A stretch of 64,000 nucleotides of DNA from positions 602 through 64,601 of the forward strand of contig CAZQDT010000001.1 of NCBI GenBank assembly GCA_964592005.1, read 5' to 3'. Of this stretch, positions 1 through 8,734 are shown piece by piece. How positions within the stretch are numbered: position 1 is the stretch's first letter; every line of letters starts with the position of its first letter. Both the position numbers and the translations under genes were made by a program. This DNA is from an uncultured Eubacteriales bacterium (lineage in GTDB: Bacteria > Bacillota > Clostridia > Lachnospirales > CAZQDT01). The notes below the pieces were generated by a model. It saw only the letters and a list, made by a program, of their open reading frames with translations. It made no database searches and was not told the origin of the DNA.

Positions 1-1
1 A

Positions 2-439
2 GTTGTAATTATTTATTATTCAAAACATCACGAAAATACAAAGAAATTAATAGATGCTGTTTCAAGTCAAAATGAAATAGATTTAATTGATGTAACAAAA
101 ATGAAATCATCTGACCTTAGTAAATATGATATAATTGGTTTTGCGTCAGGAATATATTATTCAAAATTTCATAAACAGGTTTTGGAATTTGCACAAAATA
201 ACCTTCCAGAAAATAAAAAGGTATTTTTCTTTTATACATATGGGGCAAAGAAAGATGGCTACACAAATGCTATAAGTAAAGTTGTAGCTGGGAAAAATGC
301 AAAGATTTTAGGTGAATACGGTTGTTATGGTTTTAATACTTTTGGTCCATTTAAATTAATTGGAGGGATTGCTAAAAATCATCCTAATAAAGAAGAATTA
401 GAAGAAGCTAAGAATTTTTATGAAAATATTATAAATTAA
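2..439 (+). CDS. flavodoxin-family protein, 5' end cut by window edge
   Basis: The frame of the tracked ORF 101..439 stays open back to nt 2 (VVIIYYSKHHENTKKLIDAV...). The sequence is a short flavodoxin-like alpha/beta protein (IIGFASGIYY, VFFFYTYG). Confidence 0.55.
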   Translation, partial: VVIIYYSKHHENTKKLIDAVSSQNEIDLIDVTKMKSSDLSKYDIIGFASGIYYSKFHKQVLEFAQNNLPENKKVFFFYTYGAKKDGYTNAISKVVAGKNAKILGEYGCYGFNTFGPFKLIGGIAKNHPNKEELEEAKNFYENIIN

Positions 440-571
440 AAATGTATTTTGCATTTTTGAAAAATATATATATTAATAAAAACTGATACATTGGAATAAA
501 ATGGTATTCTATGTGTATTAGTTTTTTTATTAAAAAATTTTGATTTTTCCTGTATTAGTAAAATATTTCTA

Positions 572-600
572 TTGACAAGGATATAGTTTTATCATAAACT
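572..600 (+). promoter_or_regulatory. sigma-A type promoter of the marR-RND operon
   Basis: TTGACA (572-577), 17-nt spacer, TAAACT (595-600), located 78 nt upstream of the marR ATG. Confidence 0.5.
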
Positions 601-654
601 AAAATAGTTTTAAACTAAAAAAGTTTTATAGTAAAACAGTTTAAATATTAAACT
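585..654 (+). promoter_or_regulatory. array of AGTTT(T)A / TAAA(A)CT palindromes, candidate MarR operator sites
   Basis: Four related palindromic units lie at 585-600, 606-616, 622-637 and 638-654 (AGTTTA-N5-TAAACT). They span the -10 box and the leader. Confidence 0.35.
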
Positions 655-677
655 TTTTTAAAGAAAAGGAGTATATT

Positions 678-1151
678 ATGAAAGAAATTTCAGGGGGACA
701 GGATTTAGCTTATAAAGTCTTAGAATTAAGAATTAAGCTGGGAAGATGGATGACTTCTAATTATGATTGTAATTTTAATAAAAATGGTAAAAATAAATTG
801 CCACTTACTTCAAGACAGTATGACATATTAGTTGCTGTAAATGAATGGAATTTACATACTATATCAGATATGAATAAATTAATAGTATTGAGTAAGAGCA
901 GTTTATCAATTACTTTGAATAAAATGGTAGAGGAGGGGTATTTGGTAAGAGAACAGGCATCTAAAAAAGAGGATAAAAGAAAAGTTTATTTCAATATAAC
1001 AGAAAAAGGGATAGAGATATATAATGAGCTGAATAAAACTATAATTTCAGCAATGTCAGAATTTTACAATAAACTTAGTGATAAGCAAAAGAAAGATATA
1101 GAAGCCTGCATTGAAAGTGCAAATAAATTATTTAATGAAATTGACCAATAA
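678..1151 (+). CDS. MarR-family transcriptional regulator
   Basis: 157 aa with an AAAGGAG RBS. Winged-HTH MarR core: LTSRQYDILVAV...LSKSSLSITLNKMVEEGYLVRE...DKRKVYFNITEKG. First gene upstream of the RND genes. Confidence 0.8.
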   Translation: MKEISGGQDLAYKVLELRIKLGRWMTSNYDCNFNKNGKNKLPLTSRQYDILVAVNEWNLHTISDMNKLIVLSKSSLSITLNKMVEEGYLVREQASKKEDKRKVYFNITEKGIEIYNELNKTIISAMSEFYNKLSDKQKKDIEACIESANKLFNEIDQ

Positions 1152-1170
1152 TAAAGAAAGGATAGGAAAT

Positions 1171-2631
1171 ATGAAACGAAAAATATCAATTATACTTTGT
1201 TTAATGTTATTATTGATGTCAGGCTGTTCGAGTGTTACATCTTCAAATAATGAGCAGTCTACTATGCAAAAAACAGTGGTTTCAGTAGAGGTAATGGAAA
1301 TTGAAAAAGCAGATATAAGCAGTGAATACATATATTCAGGTAAAGTTACTCCAGCAAATGAAGTAAATGTATTTAGTACAGTTTCAGGAAAAGTATCTCA
1401 GGTAAATTTTGATATAGGTGATAATGTTAAAAAAGATGATATACTTTTTACAATGGATACGGAAGATATTGTAAATAATATAAATATTGCAAAGGCATCT
1501 TTGGTATCCGCTGAAGCAAATATAAATTCAGCTAAGACAAGTCTTGAACTTGTAAATGGTGCAAGTATGCAGACGCAGATTGCAAATGTTAAGGCAGGAG
1601 TAGAAAATGCAAAATCTGGTGTAGCGAGTGCAGAGGCGGGAATTTCTAATGCCAATATAGCTTTGGAAAATGCCAAACTTACATTGGAAAATGCTGAACT
1701 TGTATTTAATGATACTAAAAAGAGTTATGAAGATACTAAAAAGCTTTTTGAAAGTGGAGCGGTTTCTCAAAGTGTTTTAGATCAAGCAAAAACAGGATAT
1801 AATCAGGCGGAAATAGGTTATTCACAGGCAAAGCTGGCATATGAACAAGCAAAAGTGGCATACAGTCAAGCGGAAGTTGGATATCAACAGGCAAATACTG
1901 CATTGACTCAAGCAGAGGAATTGTATGATATAACAGTAAATCAAGCACCCTCAGAAAATCAGAAACAAGCAGAAAATGCTTTGAAAATAGCAGAAGCGTC
2001 TAAAGCATCTGTCGAAGCACAGCTTGTAAGTTATGAAAAAATGCTTAAAGATGCAGTTATTAAAGCTCCGATAAATGGAATAGTAACAGCTGCAAATCTT
2101 AAAGAAGATACACTTCTTTCAACTTCAAGTATACCATTTACTATTATTGATATAGATAAAGTCAATATTAAGGTAAGTATTTCAGAGCAGCTTATAAATA
2201 GTCTGAAATTAAATCAGGAAGTTGAAGTAAAAGTTTCAAGTGTTTCACAAGATAAGTTTAAAGGGAAGATTGTTTCAATAAATCCAGCAGCTAATGCTTA
2301 TGGTACTTATGATATAAAGATAGAAATAGAAAATACAGATCATACTTTAAAAGCAGGTATGTTAGGAGAGGTATATTTTACAAAAGAAAAGAAAGAAAAT
2401 GTAGTTGTAATTCCAAGAAATGCAGTGATTTCAAAAAGCAATGAAGATTATGTGTTTGTGGAAGAAAATGGAACTGCTAGAAAGGTGATAGTTTCTTTAG
2501 GTATAGATAGCGGAGAAAATATAGAAATAACAGAGGGACTTGAAAGTGGAATGAAGCTTATTGTAAAAGGTCAAAGTTATGTATCCGATGGCAGTGAAAT
2601 ACAGGTTTCACCTGCTTTAAAGGAGGAATAA
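1171..2631 (+). CDS. efflux RND transporter periplasmic adaptor (MFP/HlyD family) lipoprotein
   Basis: The internal ATG at 1171 gives the lipoprotein signal MKRKISIILCLMLLLMSGC. The protein has a long Ala/Gln-rich coiled-coil hairpin plus beta-barrel regions typical of membrane fusion proteins. It ends 3 nt before the pump gene. The track start at 1111 overlaps marR and is less likely. Confidence 0.85.
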   Translation: MKRKISIILCLMLLLMSGCSSVTSSNNEQSTMQKTVVSVEVMEIEKADISSEYIYSGKVTPANEVNVFSTVSGKVSQVNFDIGDNVKKDDILFTMDTEDIVNNINIAKASLVSAEANINSAKTSLELVNGASMQTQIANVKAGVENAKSGVASAEAGISNANIALENAKLTLENAELVFNDTKKSYEDTKKLFESGAVSQSVLDQAKTGYNQAEIGYSQAKLAYEQAKVAYSQAEVGYQQANTALTQAEELYDITVNQAPSENQKQAENALKIAEASKASVEAQLVSYEKMLKDAVIKAPINGIVTAANLKEDTLLSTSSIPFTIIDIDKVNIKVSISEQLINSLKLNQEVEVKVSSVSQDKFKGKIVSINPAANAYGTYDIKIEIENTDHTLKAGMLGEVYFTKEKKENVVVIPRNAVISKSNEDYVFVEENGTARKVIVSLGIDSGENIEITEGLESGMKLIVKGQSYVSDGSEIQVSPALKEE

Positions 2632-2634
2632 TTT

Positions 2635-5600
2635 ATGCTTTCAAAAATTTCAATAAAAAGACCTGTAACTACGGTAATGCTTATACTTATGGTATTTTTG
2701 GGAGGAATTTTAGCCTACAGCACTTTAAATCTTGAACTTATGCCTTCTATGAATATACCTATGGCGGTAGTAAGTACTACTTATACCGGAGCAGGACCAG
2801 AGGAAATAGAAAACCTTATAACAAAACCTATTGAATCGACTATGGGAACAGTAACTAATGTAGAAACAGTAAGTTCAATTTCTTCAAGTGGTTCTTCAAT
2901 AGTAATGATAGAGTTTGTTGATGGAACGGATGTAGATATGGCAGCTTTGGATATGCGTGAAAAGATAGATATGATAAAAGGTTATCTTCCTGATGATGCA
3001 GATGATCCTATGGTGCTTAAAATAGATATCAATGCAGAACCTATAACTATCGGCATTACAAGTGATAAAATGGATTTGAAAGAGCTTAATACTCTTATAA
3101 ATGATGAAATATCCAATACAATAGAAAAAATAGAGGGTGTATCTTCAGTAAGTGTTTCAGGTGGTCTTGAAGATGAAATAGAAATAGTTATAAATCCTGA
3201 AAAATTGCAGGGATATGGATTAAGTGCAATGCAAATAGTTCAAAGCCTTGCATCAGAAAATCTCAATTATCCTGCCGGAAATGTAATGCAGGGTGAAACT
3301 AAATTACAGGTTAGACTTTTGGGTGAGTTTGAGTCAATAGATGATATAAAATATTTGCCGATAACAACGCCAACAGGGGCAGTAATATATTTAGATGATA
3401 TAGCAGAAATTAATCAAACTTCAAAAGATGTAGAAGCAGTAAGTATAATAAATGGAGTTAGGGGAGTAACCCTTTCCATAGATAAACAGTCTACTGCAAA
3501 TTTGGTTGAAGTTTCTGATAAAATTACAGAAACAATACAAAAGCTTAATAAAGAATATCCTAATATAACCATAAAGATGATTTCTAGTAGCGCAGGTTAT
3601 ATAAGATATTCTATAAATAATGTTGTTTCAACAGCATTTCAAAGTGCTTTGGTTGCTGTCATCGTTTTGGTGATATTTTTGAAAGACCCAAAGACTTCTT
3701 TAGTAATAGGTATGTCAATACCCGCATCAATAATGGCTACTTTTGCACTTATGTATTTAAAAGGAATGAGTATGAATATTATTTCTATGGGCGGTATTAC
3801 CATAGGAATAGGTATGCTTGTAGATAACTCGGTTGTTGTACTTGAAAATATATTTACACATTGGAAAAATGGAGAAGAACCGAAAGAAGCATCTTATAAA
3901 GGTGCATCAGAAGTTGCAATGGCGGTTACAGCGTCTACTCTTACAACAGTAGCGGTATTTTTGCCATTGGCATTTTCGAGTGGAATAGTAGGACAGATAT
4001 TCCAGGATTTGTCATTTACAATATGCTTTGCACTTTTATCATCATTAGTAGTATCCCTTACATTTGTACCAATGATGTGTTCAAGACTTCTTAGTGAGGA
4101 TAAAAGAGGAACACAGCCTAAGAAGGGTTGGTTTACAAAATTTTTGGATGCTTGGGAAAGAGGGCTTGATGGAATAAATAATTTCTATCAAAAGGTTCTG
4201 AAATGGTGTCTTAAAAATCAAAAGAAAACGATTGCAATAGTATTGGCAGTATTTTTTGGAACTTTAGCAATTACTCCGATTATGGGATTTGATTTTATGC
4301 CGGAGATGGACGAAGGTTCAGCAAGTATAACTATTGAAATGCCAAAAGGTACGGTATTGGATAAAACAATAGAAGTGGTAGATATAGTGCTTGAAAGAAT
4401 ATCTGATATACCTGAATTGAATTTGATATATGCAAATATTGGTGGTGGAAGTAGTTTTTCGGCAGGTTCAGCTGATTCTGCAACGGTTACAGTATCTCTT
4501 GTAGGAAAAACTCAAAGAGAAAAAAGTACAAAAGAGGTTGTAAAAGAAATAGAGCAAAGACTTTCTGGTGTAGCAGGAGCAGAAATTACAGTAGCTGCTT
4601 CTGATGCAGCTATGGGACAGCTTGCAGGTTCGACTCTTTCTTTACAGATTTCTGGTGATGATATAGATGTGCTTAAGGAAATAAGTAATGATGTTATAGC
4701 ACTTATAAATGAAATACCGGGAGCAAAAGATATTGAATCTTCAGCAGGTGAAACTGTTTCTGAAACTAACATAGTAATTAACAGAGCAAAAGCTTCTCAA
4801 TATGGTGTAACTGCATCTTCGATATCAAGTGCTTTGAGTAGTGCGGTCAAGGGTACAACTGCTACGCAATATAAGGTAGATGGTACGGAGATAGATGTTA
4901 CAATTAGATATGACAAAGAAAGAGTAAATTATATAAATGACCTTAAAAATATAACTGTAATGACTTCAACAGGTGCGTCAGTACCTATAACGGAAGTAGC
5001 AGATATTGTAGTAGAAGATAGTGCGGTTTCCATTTCAAGAGAAAATCAGCACAGATATATTACAATAGAGGGAAATATAGAAGGGAAAGATACAAGTACA
5101 ATAGAAAAGCTTGTAGAAGAAAAACTTTCTGGTTATGATATGCCAGATGGTTACAGTTATAGTTTTACAGGAATTATGGAACAGATGGAAGAAGCTTTCA
5201 ACAGTCTGTTTTTGGTTTTGATTGTAGCAATACTTTTAGTATATATGATAATGGCATCACAGTTTGAGTCACTTGTATATCCTTTTATAGTTATGTTTTC
5301 AATGCCAATTGCTATTACAGGAGGAATTTTAGGATTATTTATTACAGGAAATACAATTACGGTAGTATCTTTTATGGGCTTTATAATGCTTGTAGGTATG
5401 GTTGTAAATAATGCCATTGTGCTTATAGATTATACAAATCAGATAATAGAGCAGAAACATATTAAATGTGAAGAAGCTTTGCTTGAAGCTGGTCCAAATA
5501 GATTAAGACCTATTCTTATGACAACGCTTACTACAATAGTAGGTTTAGTACCTATGGCAATAGGCTCGGCAGAAGGTATGGAAATGGAAAAACCTTTGGC

Positions 5601-5739
5601 AATAGTTGTTATATTTGGACTTCTGATGTCTACTATTATAACGCTCGTATTTATACCGGTATTGTACTCTATGATAGATAAATTGAGATTGAGAAATAGA
5701 AAAAAACGTAATAAATATAATGTAATAGTAGAAGAATAA
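2635..5739 (+). CDS. RND efflux pump permease (AcrB/HAE1-like)
   Basis: 1034 aa with an AAGGAGG RBS. Twelve-TM layout with two large extracytoplasmic loops. Conserved TM4/TM10-type segments: GITIGIGMLVDNSVVVLENI and LVGMVVNNAIVLIDY. Confidence 0.9.
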   Translation: MLSKISIKRPVTTVMLILMVFLGGILAYSTLNLELMPSMNIPMAVVSTTYTGAGPEEIENLITKPIESTMGTVTNVETVSSISSSGSSIVMIEFVDGTDVDMAALDMREKIDMIKGYLPDDADDPMVLKIDINAEPITIGITSDKMDLKELNTLINDEISNTIEKIEGVSSVSVSGGLEDEIEIVINPEKLQGYGLSAMQIVQSLASENLNYPAGNVMQGETKLQVRLLGEFESIDDIKYLPITTPTGAVIYLDDIAEINQTSKDVEAVSIINGVRGVTLSIDKQSTANLVEVSDKITETIQKLNKEYPNITIKMISSSAGYIRYSINNVVSTAFQSALVAVIVLVIFLKDPKTSLVIGMSIPASIMATFALMYLKGMSMNIISMGGITIGIGMLVDNSVVVLENIFTHWKNGEEPKEASYKGASEVAMAVTASTLTTVAVFLPLAFSSGIVGQIFQDLSFTICFALLSSLVVSLTFVPMMCSRLLSEDKRGTQPKKGWFTKFLDAWERGLDGINNFYQKVLKWCLKNQKKTIAIVLAVFFGTLAITPIMGFDFMPEMDEGSASITIEMPKGTVLDKTIEVVDIVLERISDIPELNLIYANIGGGSSFSAGSADSATVTVSLVGKTQREKSTKEVVKEIEQRLSGVAGAEITVAASDAAMGQLAGSTLSLQISGDDIDVLKEISNDVIALINEIPGAKDIESSAGETVSETNIVINRAKASQYGVTASSISSALSSAVKGTTATQYKVDGTEIDVTIRYDKERVNYINDLKNITVMTSTGASVPITEVADIVVEDSAVSISRENQHRYITIEGNIEGKDTSTIEKLVEEKLSGYDMPDGYSYSFTGIMEQMEEAFNSLFLVLIVAILLVYMIMASQFESLVYPFIVMFSMPIAITGGILGLFITGNTITVVSFMGFIMLVGMVVNNAIVLIDYTNQIIEQKHIKCEEALLEAGPNRLRPILMTTLTTIVGLVPMAIGSAEGMEMEKPLAIVVIFGLLMSTIITLVFIPVLYSMIDKLRLRNRKKRNKYNVIVEE

Positions 5740-6060
5740 ATATTTTGCCGTTTTTTGGTAAAAATCATATAAAATTTAAAAATGGTTTGAGATTAATTTT
5801 ATAAGGTATTAAGGAAAACGACAATATTAGAAGAATTTATCTAAAGATTGATAAAATTATAGTAGTTGTTTGTGCAAATTACCTTGTGATGAGTAATCAT
5901 TATGGTAAAGTTATGAAATATGGCGAGTTGATTTTGATAGAAAAGAGAAGTCAATAAAAATAATTTTAAGCGTTTTGGTATGTGGGTTGCTTGTATTGTT
6001 TGGCTTACAGAAATTTAATATGTAAAATATATTTTCTTAAATTTTATTAGATAAAAATCA

Positions 6061-6105
6061 ATAGAAAGACTTTTTCATATTAATTTTTAATAAAAGTCTT
6101 TCTAT
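6061..6105. other. perfect 14-bp stem-loop in a non-coding spacer
   Basis: ATAGAAAGACTTTT (6061-6074) pairs with AAAAGTCTTTCTAT (6092-6105) across a 17-nt loop. A U-rich tail is seen only when read on the minus strand (TGATTTTTATC). Confidence 0.5.
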
Positions 6106-6284
6106 TCATAGCGAGTATGCGTCAAGAAATAGTTATTATATATAATTCAATAAAGTTTTGCTTAACTCGCAAAAGTTTTTGTATTTGAATTAAATTGAAT
6201 TATATTATATAAATTCAAAGAATTTAACTATTTCTTAGCAACGGAGCTTAGTATTGTAATAGTTTAAAAATACGAAGCGAAAGC

Positions 6285-6330
6285 GTTTTCTGGAAGAATG
6301 TCAAAAATTGGTTTTGAAAATGACATTCGT
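6285..6330 (+). promoter_or_regulatory. 46-nt conserved palindrome-bearing element, copy A (upstream of marR-ABC operon)
   Basis: GTTTTCTGGAAGAATGTCAAAAATTGGTTTTGAAAATGACATTCGT is 39/46 identical to the reverse complement of 32401-32446. Arms GAATGTCA/TGACATTC are separated by 17 nt, followed by a T-run (GTACGTTTTTTC). Confidence 0.6.
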
Positions 6331-6361
6331 ACGTTTTTTCTGTTGTATAGCAAAAAAATTA

Positions 6362-6390
6362 TTGACAAATGTTATATAAGTAATTATAAT
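6362..6390 (+). promoter_or_regulatory. consensus sigma-A promoter of the marR-ABC operon
   Basis: TTGACA (6362-6367), 17-nt spacer, TATAAT (6385-6390). Confidence 0.65.
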
Positions 6391-6409
6391 TTCAATTAAT
6401 AAATATAAT

Positions 6410-6422
6410 CTAACCCGGTTAG
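6410..6422 (+). promoter_or_regulatory. CTAAC-N3-GTTAG palindrome, site 1 (candidate MarR operator)
   Basis: ATCTAACCCGGTTAGCAAAATGT lies between the -10 box and the marR RBS. The same motif recurs at 6932-6944. Confidence 0.4.
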
Positions 6423-6448
6423 CAAAATGTATTATAGGAGGATATTTT

Positions 6449-6883
6449 ATGGCGACTCAAGAGCAGATTGAAGCCTTGTTAAGTGAACTTAGAAAAGCCC
6501 CGCCTTCAGATTGCTTTCAAAATATTGATAAAAATGCTGCTGGTTTTCGTGCTATTTTACAATATTTATATCATTCCACTAGTACTGTTACAGCAGGTAA
6601 AATCAGTGAGCATATGAATGTTAGTACTGCAAGAGTGGCTGTGTTGTTAAAAAAAATGGTTGCAAAAGGATTGATTAAAAAAGAGAGTGATTCTAACGAT
6701 GCAAGAGTGGTGGTTGTTAAGCTTTCAGAACAAGGATTAAAAATTGCAGAGGAAATGCATAATAGTGTTTTTACACAGGTAGGTAAAATGATTGATAAAA
6801 TTGGTATGGAGCGAATGATGGAATTTGCAGCCATAGCAAACGAAGTACATTCTATTATGTCACCATCGGATTTACAATTATAA
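6449..6883 (+). CDS. MarR-family transcriptional regulator
   Basis: 144 aa with a GGAGG RBS. wHTH core: ISEHMNVSTARVAVLLKKMVAKGLIKKESDSNDARVVVVKLSEQG. Confidence 0.8.
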   Translation: MATQEQIEALLSELRKAPPSDCFQNIDKNAAGFRAILQYLYHSTSTVTAGKISEHMNVSTARVAVLLKKMVAKGLIKKESDSNDARVVVVKLSEQGLKIAEEMHNSVFTQVGKMIDKIGMERMMEFAAIANEVHSIMSPSDLQL

Positions 6884-6931
6884 TATAAAAGAAATCGGCA
6901 GAGAGATTCTGCTTTTCTTTTAGAAAATTAT

Positions 6932-6944
6932 CTAACTGAGTTAG
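6932..6944 (+). promoter_or_regulatory. CTAAC-N3-GTTAG palindrome, site 2
   Basis: TATCTAACTGAGTTAGAAATGTT (arms TCTAAC/GTTAGA) lies 30 nt upstream of the ABC gene start, and its flanks also match site 1. Confidence 0.4.
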
Positions 6945-6973
6945 AAATGTTTTAGATTAAAGGAGATTGTAAT

Positions 6974-8734
6974 ATGTTAAAATTACTAAAAAAGCTTACA
7001 AAGCGTGATTGGTGCTATGTGGCTGTTAGCATTGCATTTATTGTTGTACAGGTATGGCTTGATATGACAATGCCTGATTATATGAGTAAAATTACGGTGC
7101 TTGTAGAAACAAAAGGTAGTGTTATGTCAGATATATGGAATGCAGGCTGTATGATGTTACTTTGTGCGTTGGGTAGTCTTGTTGCATCAATAATTACAGC
7201 AATTTTTACAGCAAGAATTGGTAGTAATCTGGCGGCTTCACTCAGGGAGGCTATGTTTAAAAAAGTACAAACTTTTTCAATGGAGGAAATTGGAAAATTT
7301 TCGACTGCAAGCCTTATTACACGTTCTACTAATGATATTCAGCAAGTGCTGATGTTTATTGTAATGGGTTTACAGATGCTTGTTAAAGCTCCTATTACTG
7401 CAATTTGGGCTATTTTTAAAATTGCAGATAAGGAATGGCAATGGACAATATCAGTAGCTGTGGCTGTTGTTATTTTGCTTGTTGTTATTAGCATTTGTAT
7501 TACACTTACCATGCCGAAATTTCGTAAAATGCAGAAATTAACGGATGATTTAAACCGTGTGACACGTGAAAACTTAAATGGTTTGCGAGTAGTTAGGGCT
7601 TACAATGCAGAAAGTTATCAGGAGGAAAAATTTGAAGGTGCAAATGATGCACTTACAAGAACACAGTTATTTACGCAAAGAACTATGGCTTTTATGATGC
7701 CATCAATGCAGTTAGTAATGAGTGGTCTTTCTCTTTCAGTTTATTGGATTGGGGCATATTTGTTAAGTAACGTTGTTACTACTGATGAAAGAATTTCTAT
7801 GTTTGGGGATATGATGGTATTTACCCAATATGGTATGATGGTTGTTTCTTCATTTATGATGTTAGTTATGATTTTTATGATGTTGCCAAGGGCTTCTGTT
7901 TCTGCAAAACGTGTAAATGAGGTGCTTGATACGGTTCCAACCATTCATAATGGTACAGTTACTAAAGGAAAAAGTGGAATAACTGGAGAAATTGAGTTTA
8001 AAAAGGTATCTTTTAGATATCCTGATGCTGATGAAGATATTCTTCATGATATTTCATTTACTGTTAAGAAAGGTGAAACTGTTGCCTTTATCGGTTCTAC
8101 TGGTTGCGGTAAGAGTACAGTTGTTAATCTTATTCCACGTTTTTACGATGTGAGTGAAGGAGAAGTTTTAGTTGATGGAGTTAATGTCTGTGAATATGAT
8201 GAGTGTGCACTTCGTAACAAGATTGCTTATGTTTCACAAAAAGCAATCCTATTTTCGGGAACGATTCGTTCTAATATTGCTTATGGTGAAAACGGTGGAA
8301 ATTTAATTACTGAAGAAGATATTGCAAATGCAATAGATACTTCTCAAGCAAAAGAATTTGTAGATAGTCTTGACTATTCTTATGATGCTTATGTAGCACA
8401 AGGGGGAACAAATTTCTCAGGTGGACAAAAGCAGAGATTGTCAATAGCTCGTGCGATTGCAAGAAAGGCGGAAATTATAATTTTTGATGATTCATTTTCT
8501 GCTCTTGACTATAAAACTGATCGTGCACTTAGAAAAAGGCTTGATGAAAAATGTAGCGATATAACAAGAATTGTTGTTGCACAGCGTATTGGCACTATTC
8601 GTGATGCAGATAAAATTATAGTTTTGGAAGATGGAAAAATTGTTGGTATGGGTAAGCATAATGAATTGATGGAAAATTGTGAGGTTTACCAGCAAATTGC
8701 TTTTTCACAACTTTCAAAGGAGGAATTAGAGTAA
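6974..8734 (+). CDS. ABC exporter permease/ATPase, subunit 1 of a heterodimer (degenerate Walker B half)
   Basis: 586 aa: 6-TM exporter domain plus NBD. Walker A GSTGCGKST and signature FSGGQKQR. Walker B is IIIFDDS, with Asp where the catalytic Glu is expected. Confidence 0.9.
   Translation: MLKLLKKLTKRDWCYVAVSIAFIVVQVWLDMTMPDYMSKITVLVETKGSVMSDIWNAGCMMLLCALGSLVASIITAIFTARIGSNLAASLREAMFKKVQTFSMEEIGKFSTASLITRSTNDIQQVLMFIVMGLQMLVKAPITAIWAIFKIADKEWQWTISVAVAVVILLVVISICITLTMPKFRKMQKLTDDLNRVTRENLNGLRVVRAYNAESYQEEKFEGANDALTRTQLFTQRTMAFMMPSMQLVMSGLSLSVYWIGAYLLSNVVTTDERISMFGDMMVFTQYGMMVVSSFMMLVMIFMMLPRASVSAKRVNEVLDTVPTIHNGTVTKGKSGITGEIEFKKVSFRYPDADEDILHDISFTVKKGETVAFIGSTGCGKSTVVNLIPRFYDVSEGEVLVDGVNVCEYDECALRNKIAYVSQKAILFSGTIRSNIAYGENGGNLITEEDIANAIDTSQAKEFVDSLDYSYDAYVAQGGTNFSGGQKQRLSIARAIARKAEIIIFDDSFSALDYKTDRALRKRLDEKCSDITRIVVAQRIGTIRDADKIIVLEDGKIVGMGKHNELMENCEVYQQIAFSQLSKEELE

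Noticed and set aside
1111-1170. Longer start for the RND adaptor (track start 1111). Likewise 41683 for gatA, 55186 for potB, 39466 for the decarboxylase, 36487 for the second CNNM gene and 46233 for MATE
   Set aside because: The extensions overlap the upstream gene or a terminator and lack an SD. Internal ATGs have proper SD spacing and give canonical N-termini (lipoprotein signal, MTALELGKK, and so on).
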